IMG/VR virus record: IMGVR_UViG_3300045988_117795
Coordinates: 1 to 13,309 of that record
Strand: one strand, 5' to 3'
Length of the DNA: 13,309 nt
Source of the DNA: a virus
Made by a program: the position numbers and the translations under genes. The notes below the pieces were generated by a model. It saw only the letters and a list, made by a program, of their open reading frames with translations, made no database searches and was not told the origin of the DNA. Of this stretch, positions 12,932 through 13,309 are shown piece after piece. How positions within the stretch are numbered: position 1 is the stretch's first letter; each line of letters opens with the position of its first letter.

Positions 12932-13309
12932 TACACAATAATTACTCAATTATTCGCCCTCTATTTTGTGCAATATACACAACGGTCTGTGAAGCCCTGG
13001 ACGGCCCTATACGCAACGATTTTTCCGGGGCTATAATTACACCCGGCGGCTCTGTTCGTCAAAAACTGTCAAAATGTTCGAAAACAAATACACTGTTTTG
13101 TGCGTGAGCCGTGTACACTGTTCCGGATGTGTTAGGCATGACTAACTATGTGTTGTTTCACGTGAAACATATCAGTGACAAATACATTGTACCTTTTGTA
13201 CATGGTCATATGACTGTCTATGATGTGTGTACACTGTCCATGTGCTAGAGACAAACAGAGTGTCCACGTGGGGTGAACAAATGTCCGCGAAAATCAATGG
13301 ATACACTTT
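12932..13309. repeat. Right inverted terminal repeat (ITR-R), 378 bp
   Basis: Exact reverse complement of 1-378. It ends exactly at the window edge (...ATACACTTT-3'). Confidence 0.97.

Noticed and set aside
1-13309. Genetic code 4 (TGA=Trp), by analogy with the tiny long-ITR Mycoplasma podophage
   Set aside because: Seven well-supported genes (TP, polymerase, ATPase, endolysin, scaffold, capsid, CHAP) terminate at TGA exactly where the next gene or promoter begins. Trp is encoded by TGG throughout.
1-13309. Genome-wide TAG reassignment
   Set aside because: None of the long, motif-verified genes contains an internal TAG, so the evidence is limited to the two loci reported as findings. Local readthrough or an amber mutation is more parsimonious.
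1-13309. CRISPR arrays, integrase/lysogeny module, tRNA or rRNA genes, transposase
   Set aside because: I looked for spaced direct repeats, recombinase motifs and cloverleafs and found none. The only repeats are the ITRs, the ITR-internal motifs and the 30-bp scaffold duplication.

Overview
This 13,309-nt window reads as one complete linear replicon. Nt 1-378 are the exact reverse complement of nt 12932-13309, a 378-bp inverted terminal repeat (ITR) whose ends read 5'-AAAGTGTA. Between the repeats lies a compact phi29-like (protein-primed, picovirus-type) podophage gene set. Reading the minus strand from the right end, the order is: near-consensus extended -10 promoter; five small early ORFs of unknown function; candidate terminal protein (TP); family-B protein-primed DNA polymerase; second consensus promoter; gp5-like SSB; intrinsic terminator; gp16-like packaging ATPase; third consensus promoter; a ~165-nt GC-rich structured leader or ncRNA candidate; BhlA-type holin; Amidase_3+SPOR endolysin; scaffold; major capsid protein (MCP); tail knob; CHAP hydrolase; portal (upper collar); lower collar; short tail fibre; bidirectional terminator. 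One small ORF (455-661) sits on the plus strand at the left end. Strong AAGGAGG-type Shine-Dalgarno (SD) sites and TGn extended -10 promoters suggest a Gram-positive (Firmicutes-type) host. Five things deserve a second look. (1) A GC-rich RNA element directly behind the packaging ATPase, which could be a prohead-RNA candidate or a lysis-gene leader. (2) An in-frame TAG that splits a 177-codon early reading frame. (3) The long, motif-rich ITRs. (4) Stop codons embedded in -35 hexamers. (5) A 104-nt TP/polymerase overlap. All family assignments come from motif recognition by eye and from remembered reference sequences; no searches were run.
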